A stretch of DNA of 64,000 bases from Azolla caroliniana. Its lineage: Eukaryota > Plantae > Polypodiophyta. Position numbers and translations under genes: made by a program. The notes under the pieces are model-generated. The model did not search any database. It was not told where the DNA came from and saw only the letters and a program-made list of their open reading frames with translations. Within the stretch, counting starts at the first letter, position 1. Every line of letters starts with the position of its first letter. The stretch is from assembly GCA_043228905.1 (NCBI GenBank), contig JBHGNT010000008.1:16306001-16370000 (forward strand), given 5' to 3'. Below are positions 52,101 through 64,000 of the stretch, piece by piece.

Positions 52101-54091
52101 GAAATTATGATCTTGATGAGATAATGTCATTATTTCATTTTCTGCTGCTTCTGTAAGAAATATAGCAAAATTTGAGATTTCTAGATCCTGGCTTAAAGGA
52201 ATCAGATGACATGGAATGATATGCTCATATATCCTTTCAAAACAATCCATGAAATTATGATCTTGAAGAGGTAATGTCGTCAATTAATTTTCTGCTGCTT
52301 CTGTAAGAAATATAGCAAAAATCGAGATTGCTGGATCCTGGATTTAAGGAATCAGATTCATGAAGTGAGAATAGATGCAAAGGTTGGTACATGACTGCAT
52401 TATAAGACAAAATTAAACTAGAGACGGTTTACTCCACGTGAGTCTCATAGCTGGTGTTTGACAAGACTGCTCATAATAGTTGGGCAATGACGTGCATACT
52501 AGCTTGTCTCCATTCTTTGTTGATAAGATGAAGTATTGAGCTGCCCTATGTATATGCGAATTGATGTGACGTGTGCTTGGGTTGAGTAACGAAGCCATCT
52601 AGGGACATCTATCTTTGTGCCTTGCTATGTCCTTATTACTCATTTGGAACATGTTTTATTGGTCTATTCCTTATTCTCCATACTATTGTAATATTATGGG
52701 GAGGTGAATTGTCTATTTGGGAAGGGGTTAAGATCTAGTAAGAGACCATAGACTGATGGTTTTGAAGATAAAAGAATGCCTAGTTGTTATTGCCAACCAG
52801 AGGATTCAAGATCCTGCATAAAGACAAACGAGCAGGTTTAGATTCCCACCCATACAAACCATGTTCACAGACCCCTTTAACATTGATTATAAATAAAGTC
52901 AGAGTCTGAGATGTGACCCAAAGTTGTTGCTGACAATCGAACCATTGTGTTTTGTTGCAATGCCTTGAATCATCAATTGCCATATCAAATTTGTTTTCCT
53001 TTCAATGGTGACCATAAATGTTTGCAACAAAATTTAAGCTTCCAATATCTAGATTACATTTTCAAGGTGAAGTCATGGAAAATACATCATAACACTACAA
53101 AGTTATGTCAGATTGTTTCATCAAGGAGCAAGCTTAGATGGAATGGTAAGAACTGACAAATCAAGCTGGAGTACTCAACATGGGTGCTTGTTTACTGTAT
53201 ATTCTTCTCTTCTATATGCTGTAATAGTTTATTTCTCACTACACATTAGGGTCTGTCTCTATGTCTACCTTCAGTATCGCAGTATGTTTTGAATATTTAT
53301 ATTGTCGTAACAAAATTGTCTGATTAATCTTCATCCCAATAATGTTTGACCAAAAACATTTATTTTCTGGAAAAATGTGTGAATGTGTAACCTCACTAGA
53401 CCAAGATTTCTTTTCCGTTTCCCTCAGGTTGCTGATCTTGGTCTCTCAAAAGTCAAACAACAAACTTTTGTATCTGGTGGTGTAAGAGGAACACTCCCAT
53501 GGATGGCCCCAGAATTGCTCAATGGCAATAGCAACTTGGTCTCTGAAAAGGTGGCGATGAGCAGGATTATATTGAATGAATGCAATAGAATAAAACCACC
53601 ACTAATAGTTCTGTGTATTATCTTTTAAAAAGGTTGATGTGTTCTCGTTCGGCATAGTCATGTGGGAGCTTTTAACAGGAGAGGAGCCATATGCAAACAT
53701 GCACTATGGGGCAATCATTGGTAATTTGATTATATAAAAAATAGGGGCACTTTTTGATAATTTAGAAACACCTAGAGGTATTGCAGTAATCTAGAGAAAC
53801 ATTGGTATTCTGGTAATTTGTCAAGTAGTTACAGTATTTTGTTGTTTTCCCGTATGTATATGCATTACCAACTAATCTAATTCCAATCTAAAATGTAAAG
53901 GAGGGATTGTGAACAATAAGTTACGGCCGACGGTTCCCAAATGGTGTGATGTTGGATGGAGGTCATTGATGGAGAGATGTTGGGCAGCAGAACCGGCAGA
54001 TCGGCCAAATTTCTCTGAGGTTGCAGCAAGTCTACGAGCAATGGAAGCATCCCTATCGCTAAACCCAAAGGGCCTTACATTCAAACAATGA
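37170..54091 (+). CDS. PB1-domain Raf-like MAPKKK (B4 subgroup, HCR1/PRAF-related); exons 37170-39470, 39545-39652, 39734-39886, 39974-40137, 40229-40376, 53428-53550, 53633-53720, 53901-54091
   Basis: N-terminal PB1 domain [29 protein letters not shown]...[26 protein letters not shown]. Kinase motifs [53 protein letters not shown]...[15 protein letters not shown] and [19 protein letters not shown]. It has a 13-kb TE-filled intron at 40377-53427. Confidence 0.95.
40993..45860 (-). mobile_element. Near full-length Ty1/Copia retrotransposon (gag-PR-INT-RT-RH, frameshifted) in kinase intron
   Basis: LTRs at 45860-45650 and 41265-40993. TSD TACGT at 40988-40992 and 45861-45865. PBS TGGTATCAGAGCC (iMet) at about 45635-45647 and PPT GTGGGAGG at about 41267-41274. 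Peptides [43 protein letters not shown] and GYCDAD...ALSTTEAEY. Confidence 0.96.
46381..46630. repeat. 140-bp imperfect tandem duplication
   Basis: ATAGGATG..CAGCTGGAT...GAGGAAAGAAGGCAG...CTTGAAGATATTA occurs at 46381 and 46521. Confidence 0.75.
47210..47400 (-). mobile_element. Old Copia RNase H remnant
   Basis: The minus strand reads [29 protein letters not shown]...[10 protein letters not shown]. Confidence 0.65.
48079..48920 (-). mobile_element. 5'-truncated RTE-type LINE flanked on both sides by (GA)n
   Basis: Peptides [10 protein letters not shown]...[10 protein letters not shown]...HRLPRIAW and [15 protein letters not shown]...LCTLCP. (GA)n runs at 48059-48078 and 48921-48936. Confidence 0.85.
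49795..50830 (-). mobile_element. Degenerate RTE-type LINE 3' part with (ATCT)n-like tail
   Basis: ORF 50462-50785 ([18 protein letters not shown]...[11 protein letters not shown]...HRLPHLA) and a GATAGATAGATA tail at 49796-49815. Confidence 0.75.
52087..52360. repeat. 150-bp tandem duplication at the start of an unassigned minus-strand ORF
   Basis: TTCAAAAC.ATCCATGAAATTATGATCTTGA occurs at about 52087 and 52237. The ORF 51756-52283 repeats QDHNFMD.FE.I. Confidence 0.75.
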
Positions 54092-55780
54092 AAACTCTTT
54101 ACTTGTTTGAGTGTGTACAAGTATCTCTATCTAGTTTCCTACCAAACTATTTACATGTTGGAGTGTGTAAAAGTATACCTATCTAGTTTCCTACCTATTT
54201 ATTGATTGTGAAAAGAACTTCATTCTTCGGTCCTATGTAATTTTAGAAACGATTTCTCTCTCATGATTTGTATAATGGTACTGAAGCCCATGGAGCTTGT
54301 ATGGCATACATGCCTTAGCAAGGTATAATATCTGAACATGAAAGTTTTCATGGCTTGTATGTATTTTTCATACCTCCCAATTTGATTGGACATTCATATT
54401 TTTGAAAGAAAAGAAACAAAAATCAATTATATAACTGTTTCACTTCAAAAGACATATAATCATGTAGTATGATTGGTTATATATGGCCCGGTTTTCTATT
54501 AATGAGGGAAAAATCATAGGATCTAACTAAATAAATTTAAAGGTCGTGACTCTATGCTAGTGGTGGACTAGAGTATAATTGGCCTTATTCTAGGTGATAT
54601 GGTTACTATCTAGAGTGCTATTATTGGTTGTTAGAATCATGAATTATGATATAAATTGAAGTAAAAATAACATCATATTGCTAATGTGATTGGGTATTGT
54701 ACATGCATCATTAAAGTTTATTCATTGACACTAGTTCTCTTTTTGGTTGGAACTTGGAAAACATGTATGGGATCATATTCATGTATCAACCATGTGTAAA
54801 CACAATATGGGTTGCATTTGCATCATTTGGGTCTAATATTTAACTGGGTTTTGGATCCATAACATGGAATCCATTTTGAATTTTGATTCGTTTTTGGATC
54901 CTTTAAGTTTTAGATGCTATAGTTTGAGTGCAGAAAACCCATGATATGCAATATTTTCTTTCTAGGGAGCTCGGCGTGGTACAATCCAAGTTAAGCTCTA
55001 TTAAGACTTGATCCACAAGCCCAACTTTAGCTCTTAAATGTTGATATATTGAAATTATCTAATGAGCATATGAAGAAGGATAAGAATGAGGAAACATAAC
55101 AACAAAATCATGTAGGAGAACACAATGGTTTCAAAGGATTGTGACATTTCAAAGAATCATGACTAGCGTGGGGTAGTTCATATTTAGATGTTGGAGTACT
55201 AACTTACTTGGAAGCATTTTGATTTTTTTTATTGAACCATGATTGTGACTTGACATTGATTGAAAGTTGGAGCACTAACTTACTTTTTGCATGTTCGAGT
55301 AGTTTCAATGACAATTAAAGACAATTAAAAACATGGATGTTCTTAAATTTTTCAAGGATATTCAACTCCTCATGGATCAATTCGGATTCCAATACATATA
55401 TTGATATAATATCTCAAAAACTATAGGAATTAAAATTTGGATAGTCAAGACTGGTACATCTTACCTTGGGTTTGTATCATATGCCCTCTTGTAAGTGAAT
55501 AACATTTGGATCTTTTCTACATTTTGTTCTTTTGAAGATATCAATAAAAAACGATAATATCCTATTAGTGCACGAAGAAGTCTTAGATAAGCTCAAAGTG
55601 TGAGGCCCAACAAATAATCAAAGATGTCACAAAAAAAGCTTCAATTTGTGATTGTTAATTTTAATACCAATGGAGCATATTTTTTATGGAAAAAAGAAAA
55701 AGAAAAAAAGAACATACCAAATAAGAATCAATGTAAGCTAATGGGCAACCTAGTGTAAAAGGAACTCACTTACCTTGTAA

Positions 55781-56140
55781 AAGGCTATAAAAGCCACTTT
55801 TTGGTGACTTTTGGAGCTCTTCTCCAATCTTATGTTTTCTCCTTCTCATTAGCACAATAGAGCTTCTAGTCTATCCCACTAAATCTTTCATTAGAGCTAA
55901 GAGAGATAAGTGTTAAGAGCTAAGTCAAGCCCTAATCTCCTCCTCTTGTATGATGCTAAACCTCTTTGCAAAAACAAGCAGTGTATTTGTTTATATCTTC
56001 TTTGTTTCTACATTCATGTTCATGTGCAAGAGAGAGTAAAGCAAGGGAGAGTGTGTGTGTGAGGTTAAGTATGAAGAATCATAGTTAAGTAAACTAGTAG
56101 CTCAAAGGTGCGTAACAACCATATTGATGCCATCTATAGG
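55781..56140 (+). mobile_element. Old, diverged relative of the array LTR
   Basis: Collinear blocks: GCTATAAAAGCCAC vs GCTATATAAACCAC; GAGCTAAGAGAGATAAGTG vs GAGCTTAAGAGAGATTAGTG; CTAATCTCCTCCTCTTGTATGATGCTAAACCTCTTTGCAAA vs CTAATGTCTCTCCTTGTTGGTGCTAGACCTCTTAGCAAA; GTTAAGT...GCTCAAAGGT vs GTTAAGT...GCTCGGAGGT. Confidence 0.6.
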
Positions 56141-56685
56141 AGGACAAGACCAAGGCTATGGCAAAGCTATATAGTTTACCTTGCGATATCTTAAAATTGT
56201 GGCATCGACTCTATCAAGTAAATCACAAAGGGAGATAAACATCTTCTCAAGTTTTAACCACATGAATGCCATCTATAGGAGGATAGGACCAAGGGCCATG
56301 TAAGCTAGAGTCAAGGTTGAGATATTTAAAATTTGTGGCATCAATGTTGCCGACTAAACCAGAGAGCCAACAACTAGGGAGAACGACCCAAATTATGGGA
56401 GAGTAAGCTTATCTTCTCAAACTAACAATTGTCGATGCAACAACAACCAAAAATATCCAAGCGGATTGATACGATCAATATGGGGATATACATGGGGGGC
56501 GCAAAGGGTTTCATGAAGGCTTTAAGTACATGTCCGACAACAACACACCTTCTTGGGTTCAGGGGTACTTGCGGTTAGAGGAAATGGAGATTAGGAGTCG
56601 AGCATGGGTTGTTTGGAGGGGGGGGGTTCCCGGCGTTGGTGTGAGGTGACAAGCCTGTTAACAAGCAACACACATTAGTGGAGGC

Positions 56686-57045
56686 CAATACGATGTGATA
56701 CAATTGATGGATACAATACGATTGATAGGGATACGATACAATTGATGGATACAATATGATTGATAGGAATACGATACAATTGATGGGATGCAATATGATT
56801 GATGGGATACAATGCCATACAATTGATGGTATACAATACGATACAATACAATCGATGGGATACAATACCATACAATTGATGGTATACAATACGATACGAT
56901 ACAATTGATGGAATACGATACGATACGATACGATTGATGGAATACGAAACGATACGATACGATTGATGGAATACGATACTGTACGATTGATGGGATAGGA
57001 CACAATATGATACGATACGATCGATGGGATACAATCGATGGGATG
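56686..57045. repeat. Low-complexity array of GATAC/AATAC pentamers with ATTGATGG(G/A) spacers just upstream of the heme-binding gene
   Basis: GATACGATACAATTGATGGGATAC-like units repeat through the interval and produce the spurious repetitive ORFs at 56575-57422. Confidence 0.8.
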
Positions 57046-57268
57046 GGTCGAAGGTGAGGGTCGAACCGGGGCTTGGGTTTCTCTACGATTGTACGGCAGG
57101 TAGCCAGCCGGTCATTGGTCCGTGGAAGGAAGCAAAGCAAAGCAGGGACAGGCAGGTGATGGTCATGGTCATGGTCATGGTCATGGTGGGCGATTTGAAG
57201 GGAAACGTGAAGAAGGTAGTAGACTGCAGGGGAGAGAGAGAGAGCAGGGGAGGAGGCGTGAAAGAGCC

Positions 57269-60200
57269 ATGGCGGCACATCAAGGCCTCTTCTCCTCCTC
57301 CTCCTCCTTCTGCTTCTTCTTCTTCTGCTTCTTCTCCTTTCTGAGTTGCTTCCTCCTCGTCTCTGAAGCTCACAACGACGACGATGCTCCCCCTCCCCAT
57401 TGCGATCGCCCAAGCGCATCATCCTTGAGCTTGCGTGCCGCCTTCCGCCCTGGCCTCATCACCGTTGACGCCATTTCCTCCGACTGGGCCACTGTCACAG
57501 GCGGACAAACCTTCACCCCTCTCCAAGCCATTCAACCGGATCCAGCATCTCCATACCCCTATGGATCCTTCAATATCAAGGTTAGTATTTGAGACTCAGA
57601 GAGAGAGAGAGAGAGAAAGAAAGAAAGAAATATATATATTAACGTCTTCTAAGACCAAAGAGATTGCATTCTGTACATACCCAAGACTAGGGTTTCTTTC
57701 CCAAGCAACAAGATCATTATTCTAGAACTTGTACATACCCAAGATGAAGGAATTGTTCTCTATCGAATATGTGCTTTTCGTCTGCTATGTTGTTGTCATC
57801 CCTAATTGTGGTCGCAGGTCAACTTAATTGTTCTGCAGGAAAGAGGGGACGATCCGATGGACACTTACAGCACTAGAAGTAGGGACTTTTTAGGGGGCTG
57901 ATTAGTCACAATCTCTGCTTCTTATGCCACTGTTTGCGGGTTAGATCTTGTACATGCCTACAACCATGGAATCATCTCACCACCATTGTTTGGAAAAATC
58001 TAAAGATAGACAAATATCCATTAGAAAAGAAAAATATATATACTGATCTGGGCCGCTTTCGTCTTATTTCTCGTCATTCTTGGTCATTTTTCAGCATTTT
58101 TAATAATGGTGATAATTGTTGCCATATGTGGGATGATAGATTCATCCTTGGTACATAGTTTATAGGCTGAATATGGTTTCCATTGATTCACTTGGCCATC
58201 AATTGCTTCTCCTTTCATGAATGTGAATTTCTTTTTCTGTCTCTCTCCTTCATCAAGAATGCTTTTTGAAGCCTGAAGAGATCTAGGATGTGAAAGAACT
58301 CTTGTTATCTTAAAACACGCTTGGCCATCAATTGCTTCTCCTTTCATAAATGTGAATTTCTTTTTCTGTCTCTCTCCTTCATCTAGAGTGCTTTTTGAAG
58401 CCTGAAGAGATCTAGGATGTGAAAGAACTCTTGTTATCTTAAAACACGCTTGGCCATCAATTGCTTCTCCTTTCATAAATGTGAATTTCTTTTTCTGTCT
58501 CTCTCCTTCATCTAGAGTGCTTTTTGAAGCCTGAAGAGATCTAGGATGTGAAATTTTGGAGTAGTTGGTTGAAAATATTTATAATCTGATCGGAATATAT
58601 ATACATGGCATTTTTTTCTAGTTTCCTATTATTTCATTTTTAAAGGGAAACGTGGCCCATTATTAAGGAAAAATGTCCTGAACCCAAATGCTTAGGAGCA
58701 CAACTGTTCGCGGCAGTCTTTTCTCTTCAGTTTCTGGATGCCCTTATGTGTTCCATCTCTGTGATGAGGAGATGTAGAAGGTATTTATGAAGGACTTGGA
58801 AAATCACATAAAGAAGTATTTGCCTCAGTTAAGACGTCCAGCTCAATATGGCTTCATTGTGGTTAGGAATATATTGCATTCTGTGTTTAGCGCAGTAATG
58901 ACTATGGATTATGCCACACATACACACGATGAATTGATTATGGTGACACTTGAATTGGAGAATGTTTATGATTGTGTGAACTGGTCCTTTGTTTCAGGGT
59001 TGATGCTTAGTATAGGTTTTGGACCACATATATCTTGTCTTGTAATTTTATCAGGCCAAGAAGCTGTATCTTCAGTTATGCTTTATGGTGGAGTCACCTT
59101 GATAATTGGCATTTTAAGATCAGTCCGTCAAAACTGCTCACCTAGTCCATTGTTGTTTGCTATTGTTTTCCATCCTCTTTTGAATTTATTGTGGGTTTAC
59201 ACCTACCATTTGGATGTCTAGGAAGAACAGCCCCAATCATTATTAGTCTTTGTATTCCATTGCTTTGTAATGTGGGGAAAAGCCTTGTTCGAGACTTTAT
59301 TTCTTAAAAAACAGTTCAATGGAAAATATAACGTTCCTGGGATTCCATATTCCAATGGCACAATTGCCATATTCATTCTCCCATAGATTTTCTTGCATAT
59401 CCACTTGTCTCAAGCTCTAACGTCTGTGAAGATGTATTGATCTTTCCTACCGCACAGCAGAGCACACAAGATAGATGGGTATCCATATAAGAGGGCCTGT
59501 TAATAGATCCATCTTGTGAGGTGTAAAAAGAAGGTATTATAGTGAACCATGTTTCAGGCTGCTCCATGTTTGGTGCTGCATATGTAATATAATGTGTGAA
59601 ATGATAAAGAAAGATGTATTAACATCTTTAAAGAGGCCAAAATGGCATATAAGACCAAACAGGAGAGAGAGAGAGAGAGAGAGAGCTGGTGTGACAGGTA
59701 GCTCATGATGGACGTGACATGTTCTTCCTATTGGAGTTTAAAGGGCCCTACGTTTATACACAAGGGTAAGACGATATTTTATTTCAGGCTACTAATTAAA
59801 ATAAATAACTATCTAATTTTTGTTTAAGGTAGAGTAATCTTTGAAATGGGAACCTTAATGAATTGGCAGAATAATCCGACATTCTAGAAACCACACAATA
59901 AAATTTTAAGTCAGAGAATAATTACTGTAAGCAACTTGCGTTTTGAAGTCAGATCAACAGAGCAGATTCTGCACCTTGTTGCGATCCCTTGTCAATGAAT
60001 CCACTGAGTGCAATATTATCTCTAAATGTCTTGCTCATCACAGATATGTTGCATTTTTTAATGTTATGAAATGATTGGAGAGTATGAAACGAGAAATACT
60101 AAAGGCTATCTTAGACTACTGCTTTGAAATGCCTTTGTCAATTCTTGATAGAATCCAAGTTTGAAAATTTTCTGATGAGCATGTCAATGAATGATTAAAG

Positions 60201-61926
60201 AGAGGAATTTAGAATGTTTTCTAATTTATCTAATCCAATACCATTGATAGGCTGCTTATGATTGTGATGTTTCAGAGACAAGCACAAGTGCCCTTCCATG
60301 GCACTTATGTTTGGCATTGGGGATGATGCAACTTACAATAATGTGAGTGGCTTCTGAATGTAAGCATTGTTTATTCATACAAACACACTTTCTACCAAAA
60401 AGGGAATATAATTTATGCTGATCTTGTCATTTATAAAACTCCCAAATATCTAGCCTAATTAAATTCAAATGTTTGTGAATTTTGGACTATTATGCGGGTA
60501 TTTCATTTGTTACATATTGAAACAACGTTTTTTTATTGTAACTAGAAGAACACAAGTTAATCAAGGAATACTACAGCTGTACTTAAGAGAAATCTTGTGG
60601 TTACCATATGTGTTTTTATGCCAGATGGGTGGTTGTAAAGAAGAACCAAAAACATGTTCAGCTGAATCTTGCAAAGGCCATGAAGTGGACCTCATACATT
60701 TCTCAATCGGTGATGCAATACCAGGTCGACTATATGGAGGAAACATTTATGATAATGTGAATGGGTCAGGGCGGGATAGGTATAATAACAAAAACTTTTT
60801 ATGTGAATATTTTCGCATTTGCATGCTATTGCAAACTATCACAAGCTGTATTCATCTTCTTCTTATTAGTTTTGGAAGCTTGAATGATATGTATGCATGG
60901 AATCCTCACTGTCGTAGTCTTGATGGTCTGCTTCCCAATGGTGAGAAATTAGTTTGGTTATGTTTGCATTTTTTTAAACTTTTATCATGAAATGAATTGC
61001 TGGAAGTATTAACCACTCCATCAATGCTGATAGGTTCAAAAATATCAAATAATGGAGCACAAAACAATTGGCAAGGTGCCTGGTCCCATTCAAGCATAGA
61101 TCTTACCTACGGTATAAATACTTCAGCACCTGAGATCCACATAAAGAATATGCTACAATCTCATAAAATTATGCATCGCACCTAGAAACACACAAAATCT
61201 CTTTTCTCATTTGGCTTCTTCCACATTTACTTTTGTCCGCAATAAATGTCTTAAAAAACATGGTTTTAAGTAGGCCATTTAAGATGTGCATCATTTGATC
61301 ATCCCATCTCCATTTAGATACTATGGTTTGCCACAATGGTTGCAGATATACCAGGTGATTTTTGTTTTAATTTAAATGAGCATGTGTTGTTCTATTGTAT
61401 AGGATTGACCTCTTCAGGTAATCCTTACTCTTCCACAGAAGCTGAGGGGACTTTTGTTTTTGAGTTCTCTCGTCCCCTTCGCACATCTGATTATCTTCAG
61501 CAGGTATGATATAAAGAAAAAGAGAAAATTGTCAAAATTTACAGATACATGATTTATCACAGTTGAGGTTCCTAATCAAAGCTGTGGTATGTCTAAGAGG
61601 AAACAATCATTTATGAACTATTCTTTCTTTCACAGGATGTGCAGTTCACAATTGGAGGGACACATCGTTTCATGGCAGGACTTTGGTACCCAATAAACAA
61701 TGCTCCATGGGCTGGATATCAACACTACACTGCTAGTTGTGACTGGATACCTTTGGAAATTCTTCCATCAGTTCCTTCTTCTACATCTCAACAAAGCAAC
61801 CCATCAAGTGCTTTGAGTATCTTCACACTTGTGTTGTCATTAGGAGCTTTAATTATTTCAACCTTACTGTTCTTGAAGATGAGGTCAAAAAGCCTCGTGC
61901 CTTTCCAAGCCATCGATGGTTTATAG
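57269..61926 (+). CDS. Secreted/membrane-anchored heme-binding protein (ethylbenzene-dehydrogenase/DOMON-like heme domain; At3g62370-like by recall); exons 57269-57580, 59698-59765, 60276-60342, 60625-60779, 60870-60940, 61034-61111, 61403-61503, 61636-61926
   Basis: Signal peptide MAAHQG...FLLVSEAHND, then FRPGLITVD...DW, HDGRDMFFLL, CPSMALMFGIGDDATYNNMGGC, CKGHEVDLIHFSIGDAIPGRLYGGN, DMYAWNPHCR, NNWQGAWSHSS, FEFSRPLRTSD.LQQDVQF and HYTASCDWIPL, and a C-terminal hydrophobic segment. Introns are in phase. Confidence 0.88.
58191..58552. repeat. 129-bp tandem repeat, about 2.8 copies, in intron 1
   Basis: CTTGGCCATCAATTGCTTCTCC occurs at 58191, 58320 and 58449. Confidence 0.9.
58760..59340 (+). 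mobile_element. L1-type LINE RT fragment (same family as 13640-16188)
   Basis: KKYLPQLRRPAQYGFIVVRNILHSV...LELENVYDCVNWSF...RSVRQNCSPSPLLFAI. Confidence 0.8.
59350..59620 (-). mobile_element. RTE-type LINE C-terminal fragment
   Basis: PSYMDTHL...INTSSQTLELETSGY resembles the RTE L.IETGR motif seen at 48328-48564. Confidence 0.5.
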
Positions 61927-64000
61927 GCTCAGTTTTGGAGACAACATCAGGAAGAGAAAGAGGCGATTTTGTTCGATCTTTTGAGGCCATGATTTGTATT
62001 TCTAGTCAATATAGCAGATTGAATTTGTAACACTCAAATGAAATGAGATATTCTCATATTGATGTTTGTTTGATGTATGTAAACTGGCTGAACATGAAGA
62101 TACAATAAGATCAAGATCCATCATCTGATATGAAGCTATCAGAGCTTCAACTAGACACTATACTTTTGAGTTAACATTGTATGCACCTCACCTCATATCC
62201 GAGGAAGTGATATCATCAATCCACCCTGCCCCTCTGAGGTTAAGAGTAGTGACCTTAAACTTTGAGAAGTCATAGTTTTTGCACAACTTCAAGATTATCT
62301 CGTTTTTGCAAAATTTCAACGAATCTTGCACAACTTCAATAAATCCTCATTTTTGTAGTAAACTTTGATTTCTTGTTGTTTTTTCACAACTTTAATGAAA
62401 CATCGCATTTGCGAAATTTCAATGAAAAATTGTTGTGGCACAACTTTGACAAATGGTAATTTTCTTTGAGTGATTTATTAGCACTTAAATGAGTCAATGC
62501 ATCATGGATAACACAATTTCAAGTCTACCCAAATCCCCCTTGTTAACCCTAAGACCACCAAATCTTAATCAAAGCATAAGGAGTATAGCATGCTAGCCAT
62601 AGGTTGTAGCAATTAGCTTCCATGTAGTCAAGTGAGTGTACTCAAGTTTAAATGTGCCAATAAGCTTTTTCCCTAGACTCTAAAACCAAATCTATTTCAA
62701 TGGCACCTACTATAAGAGCCCTTGACATTTGCACATTAGACAAGCAAAGAGACGAAGTTCTCAATGGATTTAAAGTTATAGATTGAGAGCTTGCATGAGT
62801 GACCAATTTGTTGGCTACAGGAAAACTTTCACTAGGAGTTGGAAAATACCCCTAATGTGCTTACAATCATATGGCCCCCACCCATAGCTAGGATAAGCCT
62901 TTTACGCCAACAAAGCCAACAACACGTTGGTTTAATAAACATTATACTTAGTTTGTTGTCATAATTCTATAAATCACTTGTTGGGCTCAAAGAATATTGT
63001 AATTGAATGTTGATAGTAGTGAACCCAAGTTTGCAACAATTTAGATGAACACCCTTGCATTTTCTCATATGGCTAGAATACCCTTTAATTGTTTCTATAA
63101 GACACCACACCAAAATACTCATAATTTAACAATCATCGTAATGTTATTCTTAATTAGAGAACAAGAGCCCAAAATTAACAATTAAAACAACCTTATTATC
63201 AGCGTTTATTTGAGTGAATAAAAAAGTAGGGGTTTTTTGGTCATCCTTAAAAAATAGGGGTATTAAGGTAAATTGAAATAAACAAATGAGTATCCCAATA
63301 CAAAGTTAAGAGTGACATTTCAAAGTTGTAACTTTTCTCCTTGTTTTAAATGCAACATTTGGTTTCAAACTTCATTTAGAATCATGCAAATTCAATCTTG
63401 TTTCCAACCCTTGACATGTAGAAACTGATCTATGAAGCCACAATTTACAATTAGGACGGATGATCCGAACAAAAAAATGTGGGTATTTGTAAAGAATAAG
63501 ACATCAAAACAATTGTTCGTGACTCCAACCCAAAGCATTAACATTACAAACCACATGATCATCCTTAAATATTATACACCATCATTTTAATTTATGACCT
63601 CCCTACGCGAACCCATTAATGAGCAAGAATGTTTACAACTGCAAGAGTCACAAACCAAGTTTTGCCTCTTCTTTATTCTTACTATTTTTCACACCCACGT
63701 TTATATGTGAATTTAGAATGCTGAGACCATACATGTCAACAACTGCTCCTAGAACAAAACAACCGGAAAAACAGTTCATGAGGTTAATATCTCATGTGAT
63801 AAGAGCAAAACCCATCAACTCCACGTGAGATCATTAGAGCGGAGTCAAGGACAACACCACCAATGGTAGTAATGTGGTGCTCCTAGACAGTCCCAACCAA
63901 GAAGTTACCCCAAACTGAGTCACAAAAGAACCAATAAGCCCCAAAATGAGTGGGCACAAACCCACAGAGTCCCAATTGAGGTTGACACGCGCATAAGTAG

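Noticed and set aside
53428-53460. DLG instead of DFG in the Raf-like kinase as a sign of a pseudokinase
   Set aside because: DLG is a known variant in part of the B4 Raf subgroup, and the catalytic Lys, HFD.K..N and APE motifs are intact.
441-54091. MAPKK and Raf-like MAPKKK as a functional signalling cluster
   Set aside because: They are about 28 kb apart with unrelated genes between them. MKK6 works with NPK1/ANP-type kinases rather than B4 Rafs, so the proximity is probably chance.
56575-57422. Long repetitive ORFs (254, 142 and 119 aa) on the minus strand
   Set aside because: They are translations of the GATAC pentamer array and of microsatellites antisense to the heme-binding gene's first exon.

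Overview
Land-plant nuclear DNA. The transposon peptides and intron sizes look fern- or lycophyte-like, which is an inference. Five spliced genes are present: an MKK6-like MAPKK (5' part outside the window), a ZnF-HIT/BCD1-like gene, an MDM35/TRIAP1-like gene, a PB1-domain B4 Raf-like kinase and a secreted/membrane heme-binding (EB_dh/DOMON-like) protein. They lie among Copia, Gypsy, L1-type and RTE-type retroelement debris. The standout feature is a near-perfect tandem array at 16189-23613 with a 968-bp period. Each unit has the anatomy of a miniature non-coding LTR retrotransposon: a 566-bp TG...CA LTR with TATA and AATAAA, a PBS, a 402-bp internal region and a PPT. The PBS, however, is not the usual ~18 nt but the exact antisense copy of an entire mature tRNA-Asp(GUC), from G1 to the CCA tail, with intact A/B boxes. 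The element therefore appears to carry, and may transcribe, its own primer tRNA. The array starts at a PPT and ends inside a tRNA copy, with no target-site duplication. Coordinates were counted by eye and no database search was possible.
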